Source of the DNA: a virus
Taxonomy: Duplodnaviria; Heunggongvirae; Uroviricota; Caudoviricetes
Virus record (IMG/VR): IMGVR_UViG_2698536443_000009
Coordinates: 1 to 26,124 of that record
Length of the DNA: 26,124 bases
Reading direction: 5' to 3' (one strand)
The notes under the pieces were generated by a model that worked only from the letters and a program-made list of their open reading frames with translations, had not been told where the DNA came from and made no database searches. The position numbers and the translations under genes are program-made. Below, in pieces: positions 18,948 to 26,124 of the stretch (position 1 is the first letter of the stretch; the number at the start of each line of letters is the position of its first letter).

Positions 18948-20006
18948 GTGCGTGCCGATAAGTCATTAAGCCCGTTTGAAATCCGGGTATACCGCCATTA
19001 CCGCATTGTGCATGGTACTCGGGTCGCGCTGGCATTCCTGCTCACTTTTCTCATTATCCGCCTGTTTACTATCCCGGAAAGCACCTGGCCGCTGGTCACC
19101 ATGGTGGTGATTATGGGGCCAATCTCGTTCTGGGGTAACGTTGTCCCTCGCGCCTTTGAGCGTATTGGCGGTACGGTGTTGGGTTCGATTTTAGGTCTTA
19201 TCGCTCTGCAACTGGAGTTAATCTCGTTACCGCTGATGTTAGTCTGGTGCGCGGCGGCCATGTTCCTTTGCGGTTGGCTGGCGCTGGGCAAGAAACCGTA
19301 TCAAGGTTTATTGATTGGGGTGACGCTGGCAATTGTTGTGGGTTCCCCGACAGGTGAAATTGATACGGCGTTATGGCGAAGCGGCGATGTGATCCTCGGC
19401 TCTTTACTGGCAATGTTGTTTACCGGTATCTGGCCACAACGGGCGTTCATCCACTGGCGCATTCAACTGGCGAAAAGTCTGACCGAGTATAATCGGGTCT
19501 ATCAATCTGCATTCTCACCGAACTTACTCGAACGCCCACGTCTGGAAAGCCATCTACAAAAACTCCTGACCGATGCCGTGAAAATGCGTGGACTGATTGC
19601 GCCCGCCAGCAAAGAAACCCGTATTCCAAAATCGATATATGAAGGTATCCAGACCATTAACCGCAATCTGGTTTGTATGCTGGAGTTGCAAATCAATGCA
19701 TACTGGGCCACGCGCCCCAGCCATTTCGTGTTATTGAACGCGCAAAAACTTCGTGATACCCAGCACATGATGCAGCAAATACTGCTGAGCCTTGTTCATG
19801 CGCTGTACGAAGGTAATCCGCAGCCGGTTTTTGCCAATACGGAAAAATTGAACGATGCTGTGGAAGAGCTGCGTCAGTTGCTCAATAACCACCATGACCT
19901 GAAGGTTGTGGAAACACCAATCTATGGTTATGTGTGGCTGAACATGGAAACGGCGCATCAGCTTGAGTTGCTATCGAATCTGATTTGCCGGGCCTTGCGC
20001 AAATAA
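18948..20006 (+). CDS. yeeA: Inner membrane protein YeeA (FUSC-like putative exporter family)
   Basis: 352 aa with multiple hydrophobic helices, GTG start preceded by a GGAG RBS, in the conserved dacD-sbmC-yeeA-yeeX order. Confidence 0.88.
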   Translation: MRADKSLSPFEIRVYRHYRIVHGTRVALAFLLTFLIIRLFTIPESTWPLVTMVVIMGPISFWGNVVPRAFERIGGTVLGSILGLIALQLELISLPLMLVWCAAAMFLCGWLALGKKPYQGLLIGVTLAIVVGSPTGEIDTALWRSGDVILGSLLAMLFTGIWPQRAFIHWRIQLAKSLTEYNRVYQSAFSPNLLERPRLESHLQKLLTDAVKMRGLIAPASKETRIPKSIYEGIQTINRNLVCMLELQINAYWATRPSHFVLLNAQKLRDTQHMMQQILLSLVHALYEGNPQPVFANTEKLNDAVEELRQLLNNHHDLKVVETPIYGYVWLNMETAHQLELLSNLICRALRK

Positions 20007-20177
20007 TTCCTGAACTTCAGAATCATCTTGCTGCTGCTTCGATTCAGCAAGGATAAAGGGTATGATAGTGAAAAGGGATAAAAGCATTGTCATCTGCGGC
20101 AGCTATGAGTAATGTTGGCCCTAACGAATAGCGGTTGCTTAAACGAATCCGACTCTCACATTATCAGGGGTATAAAA

Positions 20178-20507
20178 ATGGAAACTACCAAGCCTTCATT
20201 CCAGGACGTACTGGAATTTGTTCGTCTGTTCCGTCGTAAGAACAAACTGCAACGTGAAATTCAGGACGTTGAGAAAAAGATCCGTGACAACCAGAAGCGC
20301 GTCCTGCTGCTGGACAACCTGAGCGATTACATCAAGCCGGGGATGAGCGTTGAAGCAATCCAGGGCATCATCGCCAGCATGAAAGGTGACTATGAAGATC
20401 GCGTTGACGATTACATCATCAAAAATGCCGAGCTCTCCAAAGAACGCCGCGATATCTCCAAAAAGCTGAAAGCTATGGGCGAAATGAAAAACGGCGAAGC
20501 GAAGTAA
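20178..20507 (+). CDS. yeeX: YeeX (DUF496 family protein), 109 aa
   Basis: [41 protein letters not shown]... The internal ATG at 20178 is the likely true start; the track ORF from 20112 adds a 22-aa extension. Confidence 0.88.
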   Translation: METTKPSFQDVLEFVRLFRRKNKLQREIQDVEKKIRDNQKRVLLLDNLSDYIKPGMSVEAIQGIIASMKGDYEDRVDDYIIKNAELSKERRDISKKLKAMGEMKNGEAK

Positions 20508-20521
20508 TTCCCGTTTTATTC

Positions 20522-20548
20522 AATGAGGGTTGCCCGGCAACCCTCATT
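20522..20548 (+). terminator. Strong 12-bp hairpin after yeeX (AATGAGGGTTGC ccg GCAACCCTCATT)
   Basis: Perfect 12-bp inverted repeat with a 3-nt loop, 15 nt after the yeeX stop, followed by a moderately U-rich tract (GCTCATTGATTCTTATCTG). Confidence 0.45.
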
Positions 20549-20607
20549 GCTCATTGATTCTTATCTGTGTATCACCGTCATCATTCTCATCCGAGAACCA
20601 ATCGAAA

Positions 20608-20964
20608 TTAACAACAGCCTTCTTCTGTATGCAGCAAGGCAAAAAGTTCTGTAACTCCATTGTTATTAACTGCACTGGTTACTAACACGTTGTGCGCTCC
20701 AGCTTCCCGTAACCAACTTTTCACCAAAGATATTTGTTCCATGCTGGCTAAATCTGCTTTGGTTACTACTCCAATGACCGGGTGATTCATGGCCCGGTAG
20801 GGCGTTTTTACCTCTAATTCCTGCTTCAGCGCTGAGATTCCTGCTTGTTGCCAGAAAAGCAGGCACCTGCCGTCTGAACGGTATCGATCCGGAAGCGTAT
20901 CTGCGCCATATTCTGAGCATACTGCCGGAATGGCCCTCCAACCGTGTTGACGAACTCCTGCCAT
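20608..20964 (-). pseudogene. EutP/PduV-like GTPase C-terminal fragment (yoeF-like remnant); only about 20608..20830 is protein-like
   Basis: The C-terminal part of the ORF (HPVIGVVTKADLASMEQISLVKSWLREAGAHNVLVTSAVNNNGVTELFALL) resembles the C-terminal region of EutP/PduV-type proteins. The N-terminal part is the antisense of the IS66-like fragment and is W/R/C-rich, so the gene is truncated. Confidence 0.45.
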
Positions 20965-21020
20965 GGAACGTAGTTCTCACCAATAAATAAGCGTCAATAC
21001 GGTGCTCCGTTGACGCTTAC
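20840..21020 (+). mobile_element. IS66-family insertion sequence remnant: transposase C-terminal fragment plus terminal inverted repeat
   Basis: The + strand frame ends ...CRLNGIDPEAYLRHILSILPEWPSNRVDELLPWNVVLTNK*, resembling IS66-family transposase C-termini (LPWN motif). The following 30 bp end in ...CGCTTAC, whose reverse complement GTAAGCG... matches the IS66-family terminal repeat start as I recall it. There is no intact transposase upstream. Confidence 0.5.
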
Positions 21021-21210
21021 TTTAATCCGTTTTCTGAGCTTAGATTTTTCTGTTCCTACCCAGACCGTGGATTTGGAATTCATTTTTTGTCAGGTCAATG
21101 CTAATCGTTAAAACGGCCATAACGCACCTCCACTGGAAGGTTTATCAGTAATATCCTACCGTTGCTTCATGGTCGGGGCGTCCATTCCATTATTATCGGT
21201 TTTCCTTTCT

Positions 21211-21248
21211 GTTTATAAATGAAAACGCCAGCTGTATTCAGGCTGGCG
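21211..21248 (-). terminator. Intrinsic terminator downstream of yeeW (minus strand)
   Basis: Minus-strand hairpin CGCCAGC cugaauaca GCUGGCG (21248-21226) followed by UUUUCAUUUAU. Confidence 0.5.
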
Positions 21249-21404
21249 TCAGGAGAAATGAAGCCTGTTGAGTGAGATTCACCGGTTCTGGTGCAGAAGC
21301 TGCAGATGGCGCAGGGTAAGGACATCTTCTCTTGCCTGCTTAATACAGGACAACAGTGCTGTTTCTGTGGTTAATGGCACTATACCCTGTATCACTGCAT
21401 TGTC

Positions 21405-21599
21405 TTACAGCAACTGGTGAGGGCTGGCATAAGTTGCCGGTGTTTCGGTAGAGTCACGGTCATCCACCACGCGGAGTGAATAACCGTTTTCAGCGGCCTT
21501 ATTAATCAGTTCAGTGATATTAACACCATCAATGTCAACGACAATGTGCCCCATATCCAGCGCCTGTACGTTAACGCTGTCGGCTTCCAGTGTCATCAT
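21405..21599 (-). CDS. yeeW: YeeW-family small protein (64 aa), CP4-44-like element
   Basis: 64 aa ORF overlapping the stop of the cbtA-like gene; matches the size and position of E. coli yeeW, the last gene of the CP4-44 toxin-antitoxin block. Confidence 0.8.
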   Translation of the reverse strand: MMTLEADSVNVQALDMGHIVVDIDGVNITELINKAAENGYSLRVVDDRDSTETPATYASPHQLL

Positions 21600-21970
21600 T
21601 TCGCCTCCGGATACTTACCCAGGGTAATGTTATTTACCGTTCTGTAATTGTCGCGGGTCATCAGGCCGGTCGCCCTGCGAGCCCGGAGGATATCGATGCT
21701 GTTTATTAACTGAGAGCGGGTACAGGCGCTGAATCCCGGCTGGTCGGTACGCACCAGCGCGTATTTTTCCACGAGAAAGTTCACCGCATCACACAGTGAA
21801 ATGCCTGCCTCAATATGCTGCTCAATCACACGTTCATCGGCAAAAGGTGTGTCATTCAGTGTGAGGCCATAGTGCTGGTCCAGCAGTCGGGACAGCAGTA
21901 TCTGCCAGATTTCAACAGGAGACGGGCGAGAACTGGCCGCCTGCCCGGGTAATACAGGTAATGTTTTCAT
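21596..21970 (-). CDS. cbtA: CbtA (YeeV) family toxin, inhibitor of FtsZ/MreB polymerisation
   Basis: 124 aa, the same length as E. coli YeeV, directly downstream of the cognate antitoxin gene in the conserved yeeT-yeeU-yeeV-yeeW order. Confidence 0.88.
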   Translation of the reverse strand: MKTLPVLPGQAASSRPSPVEIWQILLSRLLDQHYGLTLNDTPFADERVIEQHIEAGISLCDAVNFLVEKYALVRTDQPGFSACTRSQLINSIDILRARRATGLMTRDNYRTVNNITLGKYPEAK

Positions 21971-22058
21971 ACTGAAGATTTTCCTGATATGCAGATATAA
22001 AAATGGAAAAGTGGCGTGGTGAAAACACCAGGCCGTAGCAGAAGGCTATTCTGGAGAG

Positions 22059-22427
22059 TTAATTTTTCATTTCGGGCGTCGGATAAACAGCCAGATAAAC
22101 GTAACCACAACTGCTGAGGGTATCGGCTTTGCAGGTCAGCCCTTTTGCATACAGCGTGACGGTATGCTGATGGCGGGGATTCAGTTCACCGCTGGTGAGC
22201 ATGAGTTCCAGTTGTTTCATCAGCAGCGGAAAGGCCTGGTCCAGGTGGTACGCATCTGCATCGCTGAACAGGCCTCTGATACCGGCGCGGTCGGCAAGGT
22301 AATGCAACCGGTTACCCTCCTGCACCAGACGTGCCCCGAAACAGGGCGTCACGGTGCAGGGCAGCCCCCACCAGGGGCGGTCGTGATTGTCGTCGGGAAG
22401 TGTTGTCCCGGGGAGTGTGTCTGACAC
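22059..22427 (-). CDS. cbeA: CbeA (YeeU) family antitoxin
   Basis: 122 aa beginning MSDTLPGTTLPDDNHDRPWWGLP..., consistent with the YeeU/YfjZ/YafW antitoxin family; adjacent to the toxin gene. Confidence 0.88.
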   Translation of the reverse strand: MSDTLPGTTLPDDNHDRPWWGLPCTVTPCFGARLVQEGNRLHYLADRAGIRGLFSDADAYHLDQAFPLLMKQLELMLTSGELNPRHQHTVTLYAKGLTCKADTLSSCGYVYLAVYPTPEMKN

Positions 22428-22500
22428 GATAAAATCCTTACAGAAAATCGGCTAAGAATGGTCCGGTAGTGGCGATAATTCTGCTCATCAGAATTCCCAC

Positions 22501-22722
22501 TCAGTTCAGGGTGACGCTCATCAGCCGGACATACGGACCAAAACTGTCCTTACGGCGTTCAGCAAACACGGCCAGCACACCGGGAATATCCTGCACTTCA
22601 CGACCGGTATACGCTTCAGCACTGCCGTGCCAGCGGTATTTACCGGTACAGAACGGAAAAAGACGGGATGTCGGATGTTGTTGGTGAATACGCATGGCTT
22701 CACCACGGGTGATAATTTTCAT
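22501..22722 (-). CDS. yeeT: YeeT family protein (DUF987), 73 aa
   Basis: 73 aa ORF immediately upstream of the antitoxin gene, the conserved position of yeeT/ykfF-type genes. Confidence 0.8.
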   Translation of the reverse strand: MKIITRGEAMRIHQQHPTSRLFPFCTGKYRWHGSAEAYTGREVQDIPGVLAVFAERRKDSFGPYVRLMSVTLN

Positions 22723-22784
22723 AATGGGATACCTCTGAAGACAGAAGATAAAAGTGAAAACAGGTGTGATGTGGTTGTGAAGGG

Positions 22785-23276
22785 TTAAAGCAGACCATGT
22801 TCGGCAAAGGAGAAAACCTGGTTGCCACCGACTATCAGATGGTCCGGCACCCGGATATCCACCAGGCCCAGTGCCTGTACCAGACGTTCGGTGATAAGCC
22901 GGTCTGCCTTACTGGGTGTGACTTCACCGGACGGGTGATTGTGTGCCAGTACCACGGCAGCGGCATTGTGGTACAGGGCGCGTTTAATCACTTCCCGGGG
23001 ATGGACTTCCGTGCGGTTGATGGTGCCGGTGAAGAGGGTTTCACCGGCAATCAGCTGATTCTGGTTGTTCAGATACAGCACCCGGAATTCTTCACGCTCC
23101 AGTCCCGCCATGTTCAGAATCAGCCATTCCCGTGCTGCACGGGTGGAGGTGAAGGCCACGCCGGGTTCATGAAGATGGCGGTCCAGGGTTTTCAGGGCCC
23201 GTTGAATGAGGCTGCGCTCGCCGGGCGTCATCTCTCCGGGCAGAAAGGAAAGTTGTTGCATTGTGCTTCTCTCCAT
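22785..23276 (-). CDS. yeeS: RadC-like JAB-domain protein (YeeS/YkfG/YfjY family)
   Basis: Contains the JAMM-type motif HNHPSG plus conserved Glu/Asp context (VLAHNHPSGEVTPSKADRLITERL), typical of RadC-like proteins of CP4 elements. Confidence 0.88.
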   Translation of the reverse strand: MERSTMQQLSFLPGEMTPGERSLIQRALKTLDRHLHEPGVAFTSTRAAREWLILNMAGLEREEFRVLYLNNQNQLIAGETLFTGTINRTEVHPREVIKRALYHNAAAVVLAHNHPSGEVTPSKADRLITERLVQALGLVDIRVPDHLIVGGNQVFSFAEHGLL

Positions 23277-23756
23277 TCAGTCGATGATGCGCATAATGGC
23301 GCTGCATTCCGGATGCTGCAGGGCGTAATCCCGCAACCGGTAATAATGGACCGTCATGGCATAATTCTCCGTACGACAGGCATGATGACTGTACGTCATC
23401 AGACAGGCGGCAATACCGGCGGCTTCCGGGCTCATTTCTGCGCGGTTACCGTTCATGGCATTGAACAGTACCCATGTTTCGTCATCATCGTCATCCGGTT
23501 CGGGTGCCATAAATGCCCCGCCGTTGTTCAGGGTGTACAGATTCCAGATACCACCGCAGTAGTCTTCGCACAGACGGTCCATCCAGCCGAAGACACGGGG
23601 CTCCAGGGTCACCCACTGTGGAATGAGGCCAAAATGCTGCGGCCAGAAGCTGATGCGCTGTTCATCAGGGACGAGGCTGGCAACCAACTGAGGCGGATTA
23701 TTCTCTGGTGTTGTAGCTGAATAAATTGTGGGGGTATTCTGAGAAACGGTTTTCAT
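23277..23756 (-). CDS. Antirestriction protein, KlcA/ArdB-like (YfjX/YafX family)
   Basis: 159 aa with an acidic patch (PEPDDDDDETW) and conserved tryptophans, in the position occupied by antirestriction genes in CP4-6/CP4-57-type elements, directly upstream of the RadC-like gene. Confidence 0.75.
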   Translation of the reverse strand: MKTVSQNTPTIYSATTPENNPPQLVASLVPDEQRISFWPQHFGLIPQWVTLEPRVFGWMDRLCEDYCGGIWNLYTLNNGGAFMAPEPDDDDDETWVLFNAMNGNRAEMSPEAAGIAACLMTYSHHACRTENYAMTVHYYRLRDYALQHPECSAIMRIID

Positions 23757-23837
23757 GAGATAACTCCTTAAATAACAAATAAATGTGTGTTTTTCAGGAA
23801 CGAAAGCTGAATGATTCCCTCACTCAGGGAAACGGCA

Positions 23838-24659
23838 TCAGCGCAGGCTCTCCAGCATCGTTTCTGCCATCACCCACAATGCGCGATTGAGCTTAATGTC
23901 GGTATCAATGCTGTGAATGGCCCGGGTATGGATACGTTTTCCTTTTGCACTGCGACCGGAAATCCCGCCTTTCAGCATATTCTCCTGGATGGTCTGATAT
24001 GCGCTCCACAGGTCCTTACCGTAATCCTCCCGGCGTCGCGGCGTCAGAATGTCGGCGGTGGTGACGGGCTGATGTTCGTCACCATAACGGTAAGTCAGTG
24101 CCGCCTGTGCCAGCGCCTGGCGTGCCGGTGGCGGCAGGACCAGCGACTGCATGGCATCACGCTTCTCCTCTATCCGGTCAAACACGCCCACCACCTCGTA
24201 AGCCCCTTCGATAACTTTCTCCACTACATTTCCCCGGTGTGGAACACGCACTTCCCCCAGAGACTGGCCACAGACGCACCCGTTCTGGCAGACGAACCTG
24301 AAGTAACCCGGCAGCATCTGGTAGCTGGAGGTACCGTCATGAGAGTTGAGCAGAATAATTTCAGGGACATGTTCTCCGTTTATCTCTCCGGCCCGCCGCA
24401 GACGCAGCATGTGTTTTGTGTATCCCCGGCGGCCCGGGTCGCGCACACGGGTCTGGCAGGCGAAGAACGGCTGAAAGCCTTCCCGCTGCAGATTTTCCAG
24501 GACGGTAATGGTGGGAATGTACGCATACCGTTCACTGCGGGAGGTGTGCCGGTCTTCCCCAAAAATACTGGGTACATGGCGTATCAGTTCTTCATGTGTC
24601 AGCGGACGGTCACGGCGTATCTGGTTTGCAGCATAACCAAAACGACTTGCTAATCGCAT
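23838..24659 (-). CDS. DUF932-family protein (YafZ/YfjQ-like), conserved core gene of CP4-type integrative elements
   Basis: 273 aa ORF heading the conserved DUF932-antirestriction-RadC-TA gene block. Assignment is from memory of the family and from synteny. Confidence 0.7.
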   Translation of the reverse strand: MRLASRFGYAANQIRRDRPLTHEELIRHVPSIFGEDRHTSRSERYAYIPTITVLENLQREGFQPFFACQTRVRDPGRRGYTKHMLRLRRAGEINGEHVPEIILLNSHDGTSSYQMLPGYFRFVCQNGCVCGQSLGEVRVPHRGNVVEKVIEGAYEVVGVFDRIEEKRDAMQSLVLPPPARQALAQAALTYRYGDEHQPVTTADILTPRRREDYGKDLWSAYQTIQENMLKGGISGRSAKGKRIHTRAIHSIDTDIKLNRALWVMAETMLESLR

Positions 24660-24704
24660 ACTTTGCTCCTTATCGGTGGTTAAGATTTACTGGTGCAATA
24701 AATG

Positions 24705-24736
24705 AAAAAAGCCGCGTCTCCCGGAGAAGACGCGGC
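24705..24736 (-). terminator. Intrinsic terminator downstream of the two-gene cargo operon (minus strand)
   Basis: Minus-strand hairpin GCCGCGUCU ucuccggg AGACGCGGC (9-bp stem) followed by UUUUUU (plus-strand A6 at 24705-24710). Confidence 0.6.
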
Positions 24737-24879
24737 CTGACGGGTGAAATGAATAAGGTTTATTGTCTGAGAGGCCTTTCACTGGCGAGCCACGCATTAA
24801 GCGGCTTTCCGGTAACAATGGCTGGGGCTGTATTTACCTTTGATATTAATAATGTGCAGAGAAACGCATGGTTTACTCC

Positions 24880-25290
24880 TTAGATTTTAAGTTTGTCCTG
24901 GGCTACAACGACAGGTTTTCCGGATGTGTCGATGACTCCTACCGTCGGTACGCCATTTTTGATTTCGAAGAACGGTTTGTTGCTACCTGAGCACAGTTGA
25001 TTGTCCCCGTATTCAATCATTTGTGCTTTCCCGGTTTTCAGGTTAACTACCGAGACAGTGTAGTCGTAGCACCAGGCACCACCACGTTCAAGCACGAAAA
25101 CATAGCTGTTATCTTTATAGTTGAACTGATTCTTTGTCTGGCAATTCATACCGTCAATTTCGGTACAGGAAAACGCTTCTGTAGTATTAACGTATTTGAT
25201 GTTATTTGGCAGTTTTACTTGTTTCGCAGTAGCGAAGACAGAGAACAGAATAGTTACAGCAACGAGTAAAGTTTTGATAAAAGTTTTCAT
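24880..25290 (-). CDS. Secreted Cys-containing protein of unknown function (136 aa, N-terminal signal peptide)
   Basis: MKTFIKTLLVAVTILFSVFATA is a signal peptide; the mature part has four Cys and no recognised family. AT-rich relative to neighbours. It lies 15 nt downstream of the Ivy-like gene. Confidence 0.6.
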   Translation of the reverse strand: MKTFIKTLLVAVTILFSVFATAKQVKLPNNIKYVNTTEAFSCTEIDGMNCQTKNQFNYKDNSYVFVLERGGAWCYDYTVSVVNLKTGKAQMIEYGDNQLCSGSNKPFFEIKNGVPTVGVIDTSGKPVVVAQDKLKI

Positions 25291-25305
25291 GATAGACTCC
25301 TTAAA

Positions 25306-25794
25306 TTAGTTAACCGCAGCTACGTAGTTTTTCACCAGATACGCGAATTCATGCACGCCAATTTCACCGAACCAAACCAGGTAGGCCGGGTCATCTAAAC
25401 CAAAGTAACGGTAGCCAACAACTTCATGGGTTTTTGGGTTATAGAGTGTTACGATAAAGTCCCAGCCGCAGGTATTGGCTTTGCAACCGTCGCCCTGGAA
25501 CCAGACTGTACCGTTAATGTTTACTGGCGTGATACCTCCACCAGGGCCATCCATATAGCCGCCTTTACCGAACATGCCGCTCAGTCCGACCGGTTTTAAT
25601 GCTTTGTCGATAGCGGCTTTGTAGGTAGCGTCACCTTCGTACAACTCGTACGTTGATGGACACGCTCCAGGTTGTTCAGCCCAGGCTTCCGGGTTACAAC
25701 TAAGAGCTTGTTTTACGGTAGCCGCTTCTGCGTTAAAGTTAAAGCCCGTGAACAGAACCGCCAGAAATAACATAAGGGTATGTAAACGTTTCAT
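25306..25794 (-). CDS. Periplasmic Ivy-like protein (candidate lysozyme-inhibitor-fold protein), 162 aa from the internal ATG
   Basis: Signal peptide MKRLHTLMLFLAVLFTGFNFNAEA. The mature region aligns by eye with E. coli Ivy: KAAIDK / KAAFNQ, FGKGGYMDGP / MKGGTYTP, and GDGCKANTCGWDFIVTLY against SACKPHDCGSQRIAVMW, but the loop histidine is missing. The track ORF (25306..26097) extends upstream from a GTG and may include 5-prime UTR. Confidence 0.5.
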   Translation of the reverse strand: MKRLHTLMLFLAVLFTGFNFNAEAATVKQALSCNPEAWAEQPGACPSTYELYEGDATYKAAIDKALKPVGLSGMFGKGGYMDGPGGGITPVNINGTVWFQGDGCKANTCGWDFIVTLYNPKTHEVVGYRYFGLDDPAYLVWFGEIGVHEFAYLVKNYVAAVN

Positions 25795-26124
25795 TGTAAA
25801 TATTCTTCCGTTGTAAATGGCGCTGGAAAATTTCTCATCAGTGAAACCTTCCGGAAGTTTCCCCCCCTTGTATGATGTATATCGCCAGTATTTTATTTCA
25901 TCCCGGCTGTAATTTTTATATTCCCCGGCACGTGCAATAACGCTGACCAGAGATATAAGGCTCATTAATAACTTTACAGGTAATTTCATAATTAAATTTC
26001 CAGTGAGTGAATTGACAGGTGAGGGGTAAAACTTTCTCTCAGGTAATATATATCTGAAAATATTTTCAATAACACCAGACAGGAAAAACACCACCACAGG
26101 CGGTGGCGTTTCTTTGGGGCGTCT

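Larger units (their letters stand above)
21021..26124 (-). mobile_element. CP4-44-like integrative element remnant (distal block yeeW to DUF932 plus cargo); continues beyond the window
   Basis: The conserved block DUF932, antirestriction, RadC-like, yeeT, cbeA, cbtA, yeeW is arranged as in E. coli CP4-44/CP4-6/CP4-57 and sits next to yeeX as CP4-44 does in K-12. No integrase is present in the window. Confidence 0.7.

Noticed and set aside
22797-23720. 307-aa plus-strand ORF overlapping the RadC-like and antirestriction genes
   Set aside because: Antisense to two genes with clear family motifs; Gly/Cys/His-rich composition; shadow ORF.
23811-24653. 280-aa plus-strand ORF overlapping the DUF932 gene
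   Set aside because: Antisense to the DUF932 gene, which fits the conserved CP4 gene order; composition is shadow-like.
25306-26097. Full 263-aa version of the Ivy-like ORF starting at a GTG (MVVFF...)
   Set aside because: It starts at a GTG with no RBS and would place the signal-peptide-like segment about 100 residues into the protein. An internal ATG at 25794 gives a canonical secreted protein. The extension is kept as a separate low-interest finding rather than the main call.
1-26124. CRISPR arrays or other long tandem direct repeats
   Set aside because: No regularly spaced direct repeats were seen on either strand; the only tandem repeats are the in-frame 42-nt coiled-coil units in the tail needle gene.

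Overview
The window holds three distinct blocks. (1) 1..~16.4 kb is the right (late) arm of a P22-like podovirus prophage, all on the + strand: terminase large subunit (5-prime truncated by the window edge), portal, scaffold, coat, gp4/gp10/gp26-like tail proteins, gp14-like protein, the three ejection proteins (gp7/gp20/gp16-like), a reduced immunity-I region carrying only mnt (minus strand), and a mosaic tailspike with a P22 gp9-like head-binding N-terminus and an AT-rich divergent receptor-binding domain. (2) 16986..20507 is enterobacterial core: dacD, sbmC (with a LexA box), yeeA, yeeX. (3) 20.6..26.1 kb is a CP4-44-like integrative-element remnant on the minus strand: a EutP-like gene fragment abutting an IS66-family end, then yeeW, cbtA/cbeA toxin-antitoxin, yeeT, a RadC-like gene, a KlcA/ArdB-like antirestriction gene, a DUF932 gene, and a two-gene cargo operon of signal-peptide proteins. 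The most interesting candidates are that cargo operon (one protein looks like a distant Ivy-type lysozyme inhibitor with an altered active loop), the orphan mnt region with a possible 25-aa membrane peptide, and the tailspike receptor-binding domain. No CRISPR array, tRNA or rRNA was recognised. All homology statements come from reading the translations against remembered family sequences; no database search was run.
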